Assembly: GCA_965644265.1 (NCBI GenBank)
Contig: OZ286459.1
Span: 131,006,001 to 131,070,000, forward strand
DNA: 64,000 nt
Direction: 5' to 3'
Source of the DNA: Glycera tridactyla
Lineage: Eukaryota
Below are positions 1 through 12,929 of the stretch, piece by piece. Both the position numbers and the translations under genes were made by a program. Numbering within the stretch: position 1 is the first letter of the stretch; every line of letters starts with the position of its first letter. Below the pieces are notes generated by a model, which saw only the letters and a program-made list of their open reading frames with translations, did not search any database and had not been told where the DNA came from.

Positions 1-30
1 GAACATTCAGAACGCTATGTATCCTCCTAG

Positions 31-122
31 GTGTCCCTGCGATCCGGTACTTGGCATTTCTGTGGCGGAACCATAATCGCGAGGGAATGGATCCTAACAG
101 CAGCTCATTGCGTCGTCGGGAA
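31..122 (+). CDS. Trypsin-like S1A serine protease, internal exon carrying catalytic His57
   Basis: Acceptor cctcctAG at 29-30; reads [30 protein letters not shown]+AA; donor GTAAGT at 123. TAAHC motif and C42/C58 pair present. Not in the ORF track (too short). Upstream exons lie outside the window. Confidence 0.95.
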
Positions 123-821
123 GTAAGTTGAATAAAGAATCATGTCAGGAGTTCTGGAGAGATGACTTCGTATAGATACGGTATTCCATATTTTGTCCGG
201 TTCCAATATTTTAGAACGTATTGATATCTGAGACACGGAAAAGTTATCTGTCTCCCGACCATGATGAATCGGTGCTAGGCCTGCTACAATATGCTTCTTT
301 CTGTGACAAATCTGCGGCAGTTTCTTCGTAGTTTTCACAAGGTCAGACGCAGGATCAGATGCGTAATGAGGCAGGAAAAGGCAGATAAAGACAGATTGGA
401 CACGGATTTCCCATGGTCTGACCCAGAATGAGAAGAGGGATGGTGGTGGTGGGAGCTGTAGTAGACATTGAGATTTTCCTTCTCCAAACCGTGCCACTGA
501 TTTTGTTCGTACATTAACCCGATTTCACATGAAAGACAGTTTCTCATCTGCCGCCGATGGCGCGGAGAAATTTCACAAATTCAGCTCCAGGCCGCCTCAG
601 TGGAAAAGCAGCATTATCTGTAGAATTTATCATGTTGGAAACATTCGCGTCTGTCCCATACAGTAGATAAATTGCATAAGGCCCAAAATGCGAACGTAAT
701 CCAATCTGTCTATTCAAGCCCTATCCGAAGAATTTCAGGATTCAATTCACGGAGAAATTGTGATTTTCTGCAGTCAGCATCGACTCGTTTCTACGTTTTC
801 ACACCATAATTTTTGCTTCAG

Positions 822-1075
822 GGGTCCGTCCTCATTGCATGTGGTGACCGGCGTCCACGGCAGGACTGAGAAAGGTCAAGAACATCAACTCAGCGAAATC
901 ATCGTTCATCCCGACTTCAGTTATTGGACATTGAGCTCGGATGTTGCGCTCCTAAAGCTGGAAAAACCAATAGAATTTTCCGAAAGCGTTCACCCAGCAT
1001 GTGCACCAAGAAGTGACCCAAGAGACTACTATGGTGACACTTGTGTTGTTAGCGGCTGGGGAACCACAAGATCAG
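822..1075 (+). CDS. Trypsin-like serine protease, exon carrying catalytic Asp102
   Basis: Acceptor ttttgcttcAG at 820-821; phase 2 matches the previous exon (AA+G=Lys); ...SSDVALLKLEKPIEFSESVHPAC...CVVSGWGTTRS; donor GTAGG at 1076 (phase 1). Confidence 0.95.
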
Positions 1076-1289
1076 GTAGGCTGGTGGAATGATCAAAATC
1101 GTTCACAGTGATAAGATTGGTTGTGCCAGTGGTTGGTTCCAGAATGACATCGATTCATGAAGTCACGCAGGATCTGTGTACCAGATTGAGGTATGCCTTG
1201 TTCCAAACAAACATCGTTCCGTGACACCCTGAACACAGATGACTAATGACCGATGTAGATAGCGACACTATGGTGGTGGTGGTGACTGC

Positions 1290-1353
<64 letters not shown>

Positions 1354-1362
1354 ATAGTAGTA
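1290..1362. repeat. (TAG)n microsatellite in protease intron
   Basis: Near-perfect GTA/TAG triplet run. Confidence 0.95.
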
Positions 1363-1568
1363 TTAATGAATAATTAGTGTTAGCATTATTATTAGTAGTG
1401 ATGGTGAAACTGTGATTTTATTACTGTGATTAGGTGACATATAATCGGTGGGATATTCACAATGTTCAGTAACCAACATCATACATTTGACACATTATTT
1501 GATTACCCCATCTTACTATTTTTTACTACCAGGTAATGCACCGAGGAAAATAGAAGGGGGAGTGGTCA

Positions 1569-1705
1569 AGATGATGATGATGAGGAGGAAGAGGAGGAGC
1601 AGGAGCAGGAGGAGGAGGAGGGGTGGAGCAAGAGCAGGAAAAGGAGGAGGAGGGGCAGGAGGATAATGAGGATGAAGATGAAGATGTTGATGACGATGAC
1701 AATGA
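1569..1705. repeat. GAG/GAT-rich low-complexity tract in protease intron
   Basis: Imperfect triplet runs; source of spurious poly-E/D/S/R ORFs. Confidence 0.9.
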
Positions 1706-1720
1706 TTTTGATATTTACAG

Positions 1721-1881
1721 GAGGTCCGTCAGCGAAATACCTATTGTTTGTGCCACTACCAATCCCAAGCAACGAAGTCTGCCAAGAATCTTTCGAGAAG
1801 GAGCTGGGTTCAGGTTATACTATAGATAAAACGATGCTGTGTGCGGGCAGAACCCCAGAGACAGAATTCGATGCATGTCAG
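1721..1881 (+). CDS. Trypsin-like serine protease, exon carrying S1 Asp189
   Basis: Acceptor tttacAG at 1719-1720; G+GA=Gly keeps frame; GPSAKYLLFVPLPIPSNEVC...MLCAGRTPETEFDACQ; donor GTACGT at 1882 (phase 0). Confidence 0.95.
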
Positions 1882-2599
1882 GTACGTGACCTCTATGTCT
1901 TTCCCTTTACATTATAAATGTCAGTCTATCTGGTCTGATTTGTGTATGTTCATTAGTGCTTTGTTCTATAAAAGAAATTGTTTTGTTGTGCCTGAATTCA
2001 ACCACTGCTTTCCGTTCATCCAGAAAGTGTATTCCGGAAGAAGGATATAATTGGCAATATTCTACCTTGAATATAAGAAGCATTCCCATAACATGACAGT
2101 GAAGCACGGAAAAAAAGGGAAATGAGTGCTGATATTCAAATGGCCACGTAGGGCAGAACGTGTTTGTGGACTCATATGGGGAATGTACTCATTTGGCATA
2201 GCCCGGAAAAAGAAATCTCCTCTCACTCTTTTATAGCTTCAATTATACCTACAAACTCACTTCAGGTTTTGGTTACTCCCATTCATATACCGGCGGTATT
2301 TTTTGGCATATGATGAATGTTTATTCACCCAAGACAAGGGAGGGTCGTATCACGCGCTTATGCTAACAAGCAATACTTCGACGAAACAGAAACAGCAAGA
2401 ATTGCTACAAAGATGATGTCCAAGACACATAACAGCGTCCCACTCATGGGAAGTAACCCAGGCTTAGCACAGATCAAGCAGTCCTCCAGTGAATCTAAAT
2501 CATTTTTCGGGGAATCAAGTTTGACAGCCATGAGCGATGAGTCCCAATGCGTTCATTCAGCTGTATTCGTAAAAGCTGCGATCTACAGGGCGGCGACCT

Positions 2600-3100
2600 T
2601 TGCATGTTGCGGTATATAAATTCCACGGATCAGTAACATTTTGTTATCCACTTGCCATGAAACTGCCACGACTATTGTTCAATTGATCACAACCATTCAA
2701 TATTGCAAACAATATGGTGACCAGATATTCTTTTGAATTTGTTCCACATATTCGTTTTGTCTGAAACTACTTTGCTGATGGGAATTCAAGGATGCTAGAT
2801 AGTAGGATATGAAATATGTTACGAACAAATTGGAGACTTTGAGAAAGACGACGATCCTGTGGGCGCTCATCGTCCTTTTTTCGACGCAGAAATGATTCGT
2901 TGGGTGTCAGAGATTTCCATAAATGTTCACACTCCCCTATGATCCATAATAGACGAGTTTTGAATCATTCAACCTAGGCACATTACACAGACGTCTCAAT
3001 ATAGTTCATGGAATGCACAATGACTGTAAGACAACCATCAACCTAGCCATTGCAGCTAATATCACTCTCAAGCTCCGATCTGGATCCAGTCCCATTTTGG
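2600..3100 (-). mobile_element. Highly decayed LINE C-terminal relic (tentative)
   Basis: Minus-strand pieces YYLASLNSHQ...EYVEQIQK loosely resemble the LEYAxxxWxPH...LExIQR motif of CR1/L2/Jockey-like ORF2; multiple frameshifts. Confidence 0.3.
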
Positions 3101-3983
3101 TGACATATCACGAAAAGATTTCTCAAGTTTGATATAATTTGTTTTCCTGTTTAGACTCACATAAAGAAGGTTGCGAACAATCATATCTTCTTGGATAAGT
3201 ACAAGAAGAATGATATCGAGAACACATATACAATGAAGCCAACAGAAAAGTGAGATTATAAAGTAGAGAGTAGCAAGGACAAACTAGAGTAACTCCAAGA
3301 TAGACAGGCGGAAATCGCATGATATGAATTTGGATTTAAGTGTTAGGACAAATTCAGACATGAGTAGAGAAATAAATGTGATGATATGGTATGCTATAGG
3401 AAGAACTTATGGGAAGAAAATTTCGTAATTAATCACTTCTCTCACAATACACCTTGAAAATCTGGTAAGAAAATCCCGTAGTAAGGGTAGTAAGACCCAA
3501 GTGAAACCTTTATTTTTGCAATAGTATATAGTTCGGCTGGCGTCGTATTATACGTTTGTGCACACATAGTGCACCTAATCTAACACTTGATCTAAGATCA
3601 TACACAGTTTAACAATGCGGGGAAGTGCGAAGAAAATACAGGAAACGGTAGGTAGTGTAAGCATCCAAGATGAGCAAATCACATAGTCAAGTATGCCATT
3701 ATATCCTTAGAGGATCAGTTATATATTATTTACTAGATATTCTCATTTGCTGAGACATATACATACTAGTTTTTGGATATACATTCTCATGTAGTCTTAG
3801 ATTTGAAACTCGCATCACGATGTGAAGCTTACTTCATGTGTCTTAGCTGTTACACAGTACAACTTCCTCAGCCTGTTCCCGAAAACTCTCTACTAGAGCT
3901 GGGTGACTTCCATGCTCAGAGCCCACACCGACTTTACTTCACTATCTTTCTTGAAGCATCTTCCTTTCCATCTTTTCTTACAG

Positions 3984-4139
3984 GGAGATTCTGGTGGCCC
4001 GTTGGTGGTAGAGAACAACGGCCGATGGGAAGTGGTTGGTGCCGTCTCGTGGGGATACAGCTGCGCTGCAGGACCACCGGGTGTCTATGCCAATATCCCT
4101 TATTTCTACGACTGGATCACTAAGCAAATCTCCAACTAA
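3984..4139 (+). CDS. Trypsin-like serine protease, last exon carrying catalytic Ser195
   Basis: Acceptor tcttttcttacAG at 3982-3983; GDSGGPLVV...[25 protein letters not shown]; TAA at 4137-4139. The four exons total 663 nt, in frame. D189/G216/G226 imply trypsin-like specificity. Confidence 0.96.
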   Translation, partial: GDSGGPLVVENNGRWEVVGAVSWGYSCAAGPPGVYANIPYFYDWITKQISN

Positions 4140-4322
4140 ACATTCTCTCATCATGCTATCCTACGAAACCCGTCGCGTAGCACCATGATGTAATGAAAAA
4201 AGAGACATACGAATCATACACCATCCTGATGTATCAACTGTGTATGAAGTCCACCATGTTTGTGATATGTCCGCATCCTCGCAGATCGAACATGGGCATG
4301 AGTTGTCAGAACAGAGATGTAT

Positions 4323-4328
4323 AATAAA
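4323..4328 (+). promoter_or_regulatory. Candidate polyadenylation signal of the protease gene
   Basis: AATAAA about 185 nt after the stop codon. Confidence 0.4.
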
Positions 4329-5328
4329 ATTCAAAGGGATTCGTGGCTCATTCAAACGACTCGTGTTCTAATGATCAACAACCCATATGATATTGACTGC
4401 GGTATGTGGCTTTGTTGATCATTTGTATTCAAATCCGTCTCCGTGGTTTCTGTGGGGTCGGTCAATGTCGGGCTGTACTTTTAAGTATTCACCACCCCTG
4501 ACTCAGGCACATCATTATGCCAGTCATTCCGGCGACTTCACAGTGCATGCCGTTTGGCATTTCCAGTTTTAGTTCGTGGTTCTTCTGTACTACAGCGCGC
4601 CTAGGTGCAGTCATCCCTATCTTTTCTCGTGATTCGAATATGTTTAGGCCTGGAACCGTCTCTGATCCCGGCTCTTGCATTTTTACCTAGCTCAGCCCCA
4701 GTCTCCAAATAATAACTAAAGACTTCCATTGACATTTGATGCAACCCATGACCCATTATCTCATCAAGCAGACATTGACTGTGATCCCTGGCTAGGCAAC
4801 TGGATGAATATCCTCCGACGATTTTGTCTGCTTAGCCTGCAGTGAATCTCAGTGATCGGTTAGGGAATGATCAGACCCAAAACAGCTAGAAGTATGACTC
4901 GAAAAATATGTAGGGGATTGATTAGACATTTGAATACCCCGCATCAGGTAGAATGCAAAAGAAAAATGGATAACCTGGATTCATTGGGACGGAATATAGC
5001 ATGCAACAAGTGTCAGTGATCTGCTAGGGCTATGTATTATCTTCGACACTCGTGATTTGTTCGGACTGCGTATAACATGCACTAGGTGTCAGTTGTCAGA
5101 TTGGAATACGCATAACCTCCGGTAGGTGTCGGTGATTTGTATAAAGCGATCCGCATAAAGAAACGATGATTCATAGGAAGTATGCCATGCAACATGTGTG
5201 TATGCTTGACAAAGGATTTGCACACCTAGCAAGAGTGTAAATGATTTCCTAGGACTAATTATACCCTGCACCAGGTACAAGCGATTTATGAGAGATATGA
5301 CTACAGCAGGTCTTCATGGTTGACACAT

Positions 5329-5657
5329 AGGGTGTTTCATAATTCGGCCTTTTTCATACCAAATTGCACTTTGGACCAGTCCATTCCCTACGTGAAATAA
5401 GTCAGCAGAAACAGAATCATCCAAATCCGTTGACTTTCAGAACCCCATATACATGAGACATGCACTAACTCCCAAACTTGGCGATTTTGTTACATTCTCG
5501 GACTTCCATGTCTAAACTGTCATGATTTAGGGGTCAAAGCATGTGTTTAATCTTGAGCTGGTCCCCATGGCACTTAAAGTTGATATATATTTCTGATGAA
5601 TGGTAATGTTGCATATGTGAAACTGGGGAGAAATTGGTGAAAATTATGGAACACCCT
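5329..5657. mobile_element. MITE-like element with 16-bp terminal inverted repeats
   Basis: AGGGTGTTTCATAATT (5329-5344) versus AATTATGGAACACCCT (5642-5657), 15/16 complementary; no coding capacity; TSD ambiguous. Confidence 0.6.
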
Positions 5658-8600
5658 TAGAAACAATATGCATACCGAGCAAAGAGTGTTGGTGATCTGC
5701 TGGGACTGATCTGTTTGGAATAAGAAATATGACTTGAAGCACGTAATTATGGGAGACTAAGGATATGCACACCCAGCAGAGTGTGTAATTGATTTGTTGT
5801 GGCTGATCATATACCACTGCAGGCGTAAATGATTAGTTAGGGCTAGGCATAACCAGCAGCATGTGTATGCAAATATCAAAGACCACTATCCTACCACTAC
5901 ATGCATGAATGTGATCATTATCAACACTGAGCGAGTCAAATTCGCTGATTCCTCATCACTGCCAGAACACCGTATGTGACAATTGGCCAGTTGAAGTAAT
6001 CAATACCTCTCAAGGTAAGTATCCCATGAGTCCTAGTTATATGAATCGAGACTGACAAGAGCGCCCAGTCACATTTTGGAGGATGTTCTTCATCAGCTAT
6101 CTCAAACACTTGCATTTTCACACATGAGAATATATTCGAAGTTCACCAAGCTGCTCTCCCTCCATATTTACACAAGTCCGCCTCTAGAACAAGTAGGCGG
6201 TGCCAGATCACCTGGAAAGGGCGCTCATCACTAGTAGTTTTTGTATTCAGACACTTTTGAAAGGCACTATTTCGACCCAGTCAAAGCATGCCCCAAACTT
6301 GTTCAGCATTCATTCATCTGTAGTAGACAGCGAGGATGCATGGAGTGAATCACATTACACTTGATGTTCTGCAACTATAGGAAATAGCCGCCAGGTCTGG
6401 TAATCAGCATAAAAACCAAAATCAGTGACCTGGATTCCTTCAATTGCCAATTCAACCAATTTCCAAATGTGGATAGATTTGTTTCGACGTATGCAGGCAC
6501 CACAAATATGATTACATATTGGCAAAATGTTCATGACAGTGCTCAGACAGTGGCGACTGAGCAAAGGACAGATTTGACGATTATGGCATAAGAATTTGGG
6601 AGCAACTTCTGCGAAAATGTAACCATTAAGAAAGAAACAACACTTCTGGCTATCTGTATATTTTATCTCCTTCACTGGTGACTATAAATATGTTTCATAC
6701 CCAGATGTGTTTCCCGAGATTGTGGATAAAACATATATAGTTCAGGCTTAAACTGATTCACCGAACTGGTCAGAACGGTAAAACGATGGTGAAAATCCGT
6801 GATGTGAAAAGCTGTAGTAGGACTGATCTAACCCAGCGGACGTAGGATTCACAATGGGAATGAGGGGCACTCTCCGATTCACAGTAGGTTATCCAGGAGA
6901 TAGAAGCTTGATGATTCTCCCTCCTGCTCATTGGATTGGTTTTGTTACTAGACGACAAACAGGCAGTTCGAACGGATAATGTTGGCAGAATCGCAATACA
7001 GTCAGTTGGGAATGTAAAATGAGTACGAATGAATTAAATGACATTCAGCTTGCCTAGACAGCACCGTGCGCAACAGCATGGGCTGGGTTAAACTGAGCAC
7101 TCGCAATTCTCCGCATTGGTAGGCGGCTATCCAATCATCTTTTCTGTCAGATTCGTCAGACTTTAATTACAAGAAAGGGACGGAAAATTAAAACGCAACA
7201 ACGGAAGTTATTTTTCATCCAGTCCCTGTTTCAGCAGGTGCCCAGGAATAACTACTCCAATATCAGAATCTGAAATGAGAATCGGGCCTGATAACTTTCT
7301 TGGACAGCTCCACCTTTATGGCCGGAGCAGTATATTCTCTTTGGTTAAATGAGACAGAGATTGGTCATTCATCTAGGATTGCAAATGTATGTACAGGATA
7401 ATACAAGGCTCTTGACAAGAAGGGTGTTCGAACACTTTTCTTAAAAAAGGACAACAATGAGAACATCAAAAGAACCTCACCTTCGAGATAAGTCTTGAAT
7501 ATACCAGTATTGATCCTTACATAATATCATCCGAATGTTGATATTAGGTTCATTCCACCCATACCCATCATTGAGAGCTTTCCTCAGCAACTGTCAATGG
7601 TGGAAATGACTTCGCATAACACTGCAAATTGACGCAAGCCAATCATTCTCCCGTCATTATCAAAGTCTTTTCTTGGCGTGGGAATGCACACACATGGCAG
7701 GCGAGACACCTGTAAGTGTAAACCCTAGTATGGAATACACATCCTCGGGCTGGGCTATCATAAATGACACCTTGAGTGTCTGAATTTCATAGCTTTTTCA
7801 CCTCCTGCTGGTGACCGGAGAAGAAGAGGTTTTGAATTTTCTCACTCATGCCTTTTGCATGACGTTGGACCAGATCAAACCTCAGGCCGGGATGGTGATC
7901 AATGTGACACGAACACACATTATGTACCCTCCATTGTGTGATAGTGAATTCCCAGTAATCAACGATAATTATTGATTGATTGGTTGTCATTCTCGTCAGC
8001 AACATGTGAGCTTCAATTGGACGCACATGCAGAGTGGCCTGCCATTTATCCAGAACGAAGCAAACATTCCCATGACCTGCAAGATGTATATGAAGGATAT
8101 ACGAACACCTTATCTGTGTAGAAGTATCAGTGTTCAAGTGTATGTGAGTGTAATATATCGGTGGGATGCGATTGGTGAGCGCCCTCTAGAATATGTGATA
8201 GGTGTTGTAATTGATACCATTATGTAGCAGAGTCCAAAGAACACACAACATTTTGAATGATTCATGTGATAATTTGTGATGAATTATACGATTCATATTT
8301 CAATATGACCTGTCATAAATCGTAATAACTAACATCGAGTCCGTCGGCTGCGTGGGAATGGTTTATATAGTGATTCTCTTGTGTAATCCTGACAAATTTG
8401 TCAATCTCTCTAGAGGAATAGACAGGATTTCGACCACCTTCCCTTGTCTAGTTTGTCACATCCAATCACTGGGCTTCATTAATGTTCACCTACTGTTGGG
8501 GTAGAAGGGGGAGGGGTTCGAAGGCAAGATGATTCGCCCACAGACATCTAACAATAAATAAGAATATTGACCGAATAGGAGACGGATGAAACCATCCAAG

Positions 8601-9600
8601 CAACTAATCTACTGATGGAACATCCGACCCACCAATCGATCCACCCAAGCAACTGACCAAGCAATCAACTAGTCATACGGCCAATGAACTCAAAACTAAC
8701 CTTTTGCGCAACAAGCCAGCCAAACAACCAGATCATACAATTATTTCAGCATGAACATGGTTGCATGTATTCCCTAAACAATGTTTTGTATGCAGAGAAT
8801 TGGTCTAGGCTCACTGAAGCCAACTAGATAGAGTCTCATGTCGAGGGATGAGTTTTAATATCAAAACGGTGAGTGGGAATGGATGTGAATCACAGGATAG
8901 TGGTCTCCCCCGATGATTCTATCTGGAGATAGGCTGTATGTTTGGAGTATCGCTAGGCGAAATCACTTGATGATCGGTAGCAAGAATACCCATCCAACAT
9001 CATATAGCCATAGGGGATATCCGTTCATCAGCTTGTGAGATATTGTTGTCTTCTAGAAAGACGGGTTTATCGACCGAAGATGCGTGCATTGCATATATGG
9101 AATAATCGACAGTCGTATGCCGACTTTTAAGTTACGGAAATACTTCGAATGGGTAGACACCAATTCAGCACCCGACCTACTTCGCATGCGGATGCTATCT
9201 CGCAGTTGAACATCGTTTGCTTGATCGTGGAAAACTTTGAAAAAGAGCAATGAATCACGAAATATATTGTGTAGAATATGAAACAAATTTTCATGAAAGT
9301 CGATTCACCAGACGTATCCAATTATTTGCATGAATTGGGTGTATTCAGACAATTATGAATCGTATGCATGCTGAGTCAGTGCATGCAAACTGGAGTATCA
9401 AAGTCCGGCCGTGTGTACAGGAGTCGATTCCCTTAGGCACGTAAAAAAACAGCTGTCCTTCACAGAAAATATGCGATTGCCCGCGGCTGCTGTGTCTCCT
9501 TTTCTCGACATTTTCAGTCCGATATATTATTGGAAATGTCTCTGATTCATATGTGTTTTCACCTTCTGTAAGGGACCCAGTAGAAGTAGCCATGAATAAT

Positions 9601-9680
9601 CCCATCCATGCTCATCGTATGGGCGTCACAATATAGCACAAATGGAGGTGACGCGACGTTAAACCAGAATCTACCTACCC
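9601..9680 (+). mobile_element. SINE-like dispersed repeat, 3' end (copy 1)
   Basis: ccatgctcatcgtatgggcgtcacaatatagcac...gacgttaaaccagaa; shared with the other copies listed; B-box-like GGAGTCGATTCCC near 9420. Confidence 0.6.
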
Positions 9681-10322
9681 ACTTACCTTCAGTCTGATAT
9701 GATACAAGGAGTCTGGGAAAACGCTGAAGCTGATCAAACAAACAAATAAAAGCTGGTACATAAAATGCTGTCATTCTGTTTATTCGGTTTATTTGGTGAG
9801 ATTGGTATTGTTTGGCCGAGTAAGCCAGCATTCATCTAGTTGGCATGTCGTCAATCTGGCGACCATCACAAGAGGTCTGGTCAGCTAATGAAACATACAC
9901 TATATGTGCTTCCGGTCATGAAACCAGTCAAGATAGATGGAGATTGGAGGCTTTTCTCTCGTAATGCACGATAGTTACACAGCATCCATCCAAGATAAGA
10001 TGTTTATCTGACACACATTTTGGGTAGTGCATCGTGATGATAATGACGATCTGCGTGTCAGATCCCCGGATGTGTGCTCCAATATTAGTGAGCGCAATTC
10101 TCTATCCCTGGTTGTTTTTAATGCTATGACAAGAATCTTTTTTTTGACAGTGCGTGTCCTTGAACTGCGGCAGTTCCATGTTTCTCGTATTAATTGCCAG
10201 TTGACTTAGCAGAATGCAGCTCACAGGCAAGCTGTCCACACGTCTCTCCTATAACACAACTTAAGACCATTTGCAAGGGTACAGGCTCAATATTGCCATT
10301 AACGTATTGCCCCCAAAATTTC

Positions 10323-10342
10323 ATGAAATTTATAAATTTCAT
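10323..10342. repeat. Perfect 20-bp AT-rich palindrome
   Basis: ATGAAATTTA|TAAATTTCAT is its own reverse complement. Confidence 0.9.
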
Positions 10343-10394
10343 AAATTTTCGCCTTTTTGCGGACCCAGAAAGAGGAGTCTCGATTGATCTCCAT

Positions 10395-10465
10395 TGTGTG
10401 GGCGTCACAATATAGCACATATACTGTTGACATTACGTAGACGCAGGACCAACCAACCAATCAGC
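10395..10465 (+). mobile_element. SINE-like dispersed repeat, 3' end (copy 2)
   Basis: gtgggcgtcacaatatagcac...ccaaccaacc tail. Confidence 0.55.
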
Positions 10466-11389
10466 CCATGCCGAGTGGCTCTCTCGATAGAAGAATGGTG
10501 AGAATTGTCATCTTGATTCGAGTGGACGGACCCTATCTTAATCGTATTGCTCACCAGAGAGGACATTCTGACCAAGTGTGGCAGGAATGTAATTCAATAT
10601 TATGAAGATTGAATACAATACTGATCATTCCAATCACAATTCAACCTACACGAGAGCTCAGCAAGTCAAGGATATTCAGTGATTCGTATCAATTCTTATG
10701 CTACGTCCAATCCCAGAGAGGCCGCTCAGCTAGGATGACATCATCATATACGGTATGAGACTGCTAGGACTAGCCTGAATGGCTGGTGATCATGCACTCG
10801 TCCAGCTATACACTTGCTATCACGCATCCCAGTATTGCTCAGTGATCGCGTGTGAGCATCACATTCAGCGATCACAATCTGCCACGAATGACATAATTCA
10901 ATCAGGATCTACCCATATACATGTCTGTACGCTGCACAGATGATCATTGATCTGCCTCAGTGTTGACAGAAATAACCTGGCTCCATCATCATGATAGTCA
11001 TAACATAAGCGTGGGAGATTCAAGTATGACATGGTACAATGTCCGCTCCTTCGAGACCATGGGCAAACCGGCACTCAGTGGTAAATGATTTAATACTTCC
11101 GAAGTGGGACTCTGTAATGAGTGACCCAGAAAGTGGTTGCTGAATACAGATGGTTAGATGGTTGTTGATACCGGTGAATCAGGTGAAAAATCATCTATAG
11201 GAAAATCATTAAGTGGCTGCTTGAGACAAGTGGTCGCTGAATACAGTGGTTGCTTACTACAGGTTCAACTGTATACGTATTGTATATATGTTTTAACATT
11301 ATTTGATCAATGAAAGTGAGACAGTATTGACTCAACAACATTGATAATTACTCACGGAGCCTCGTGACTCATGTCGTTAATGCAGATTT

Positions 11390-12070
11390 AGTACATTTGA
11401 TTGTGTATCCAACACCTATTCAGATATTGATTTCTTGAACAAGATGATAACACCTTTCCCCCAACTGAAGTAAGTAATGATTGAGGAAAGAACATGACCA
11501 TTAATTCAAGTTGCATTCTGATGCCAAAACCATCACCTTGGTTGCCATGGCAACCATGAATTTTATCTCGTTGTTTCATATATGTCCCTGGCGCCATGTC
11601 TTGTGTATATTTACATGGATGATTTGTTCTTGGTAATGTGGAGGGATTCGACCATGATCTTTCAAAACATATATGTTTTTGAGTTAGGTTTTTCTCATAA
11701 TGATATTTGACATCATATTCACAAAAATATGCATTTCTCCGATTTTTTTGACTTGGAAATCCAATGCTGACAAAAATAATGCAAAAATAAAAAATATACA
11801 TCATTGATATTGCATGAGTAATGTTCCTTCATGAAATAGAATCATCATATAGGGAGTTGACATGAAGGAGACATGGTCAAAATGAGTGATTTTTCATTTA
11901 AATTTAGGTAGCCTGGTTGCCATGGCAACCATTGCCATGGTATTGGATATGATATATGTCTCACTTTGAACTCTTTCATTAGGACAATACATTGATACAA
12001 AATCATCTTTCCATTATGTTAGGTACTCCTGCTAAAAACTAAATACATCTGATACTGAATTTCTAACTTT
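11390..12070. mobile_element. Probable DNA-transposon arm relic carrying two identical 18-bp palindromes
   Basis: TGGTTGCCATGGCAACCA at 11539-11556 and 11914-11931 in AT-rich non-coding sequence; a related ccatggttgccatgg occurs in the TIR arm near 19024. Boundaries are approximate. Confidence 0.4.
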
Positions 12071-12409
12071 CACGACATAACAAACTGCATTAAAGACATG
12101 AGAAGCCGTATGAATACAACAACGACCGAAGCTGAATGATATCTCCCTACAAGTCACATTGACTCCCGGGTATCGATCTCTGGCCTTGGGGACCTACCTG
12201 GTGGAAGGATCCGTCCGAAACGCAGATATTCCTGTTTATAATACTATCGTATGTTATGTCCATGAGTCTGAATTGCTCGTGTCGAAGGAGAGCTGAATGA
12301 TCATGGTTATTTGTTCTGAACAAGCATACTTTTGCTTGAATGCCGGTGAATATATATGTAGATGGGCGAATATATATTTCTATATATGACAATTCTGTAT
12401 GATTAGAAT

Positions 12410-12601
12410 CGCTTCAACAAGTCTATGTATGTTGTCGCTGGCCTCCTTGTCTTCGGCGACCTCAGTCTGGAGTCCAGAGGACTAGTTTTGAAGCCACCTC
12501 CTCCTTATGTATTATGAGGTGACCAGCTAGGTTCAGTCTTCTCTGCCTGATCTTATCAGAGATTCCGGAGAGTTCACCATATACCTCTTCATTTGTGACA
12601 T
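12410..12601 (-). mobile_element. RTE-clade LINE, 3' part of ORF2 (downstream piece)
   Basis: VTNEEVYGELSGISDKIRQRRLNLAGHLIIHKEEVASKLVLWTP then, frameshifted, RPATTYIDLLKR: typical RTE ORF2 C-terminus. Confidence 0.8.
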
Positions 12602-12929
12602 AACTGCATGAAATTTGAGGTTTACTTTGCAAGTAAACTAAAAGTAAACCAAAAGTATACATGATGTTTACATGAAGTTCAATTTCAAATTATACATGAT
12701 GTTTACTTTGGGGTATACTTGGGGGTATACTTTACAAGTAAAGGACCAAATTTACTTGGGTATAAGTTTACACTTTTACTTCAGTATACCTGATGTATAA
12801 TTAGTTTAACATGTCATTTTATATGTTGTATACTTTCACATTTGGATTTTGTATACCAGATATATACCATCCTTGCTGCTATATTTCACAGTTGACATTG
12901 TGTCTGATGCAGATAAACCAATTTCAATG

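Noticed and set aside
1448-1829. Acidic, Arg-rich and Ser-rich ORFs (1448-1666, 1566-1772, 1623-1829)
   Set aside because: Translations of the GAG/GAT microsatellite inside the protease intron.
12099-12113. 15-bp match atgagaagccgtatg to the end of repeat B
   Set aside because: A few 15-mer matches are expected by chance in a 64-kb self-comparison; no flanking similarity.
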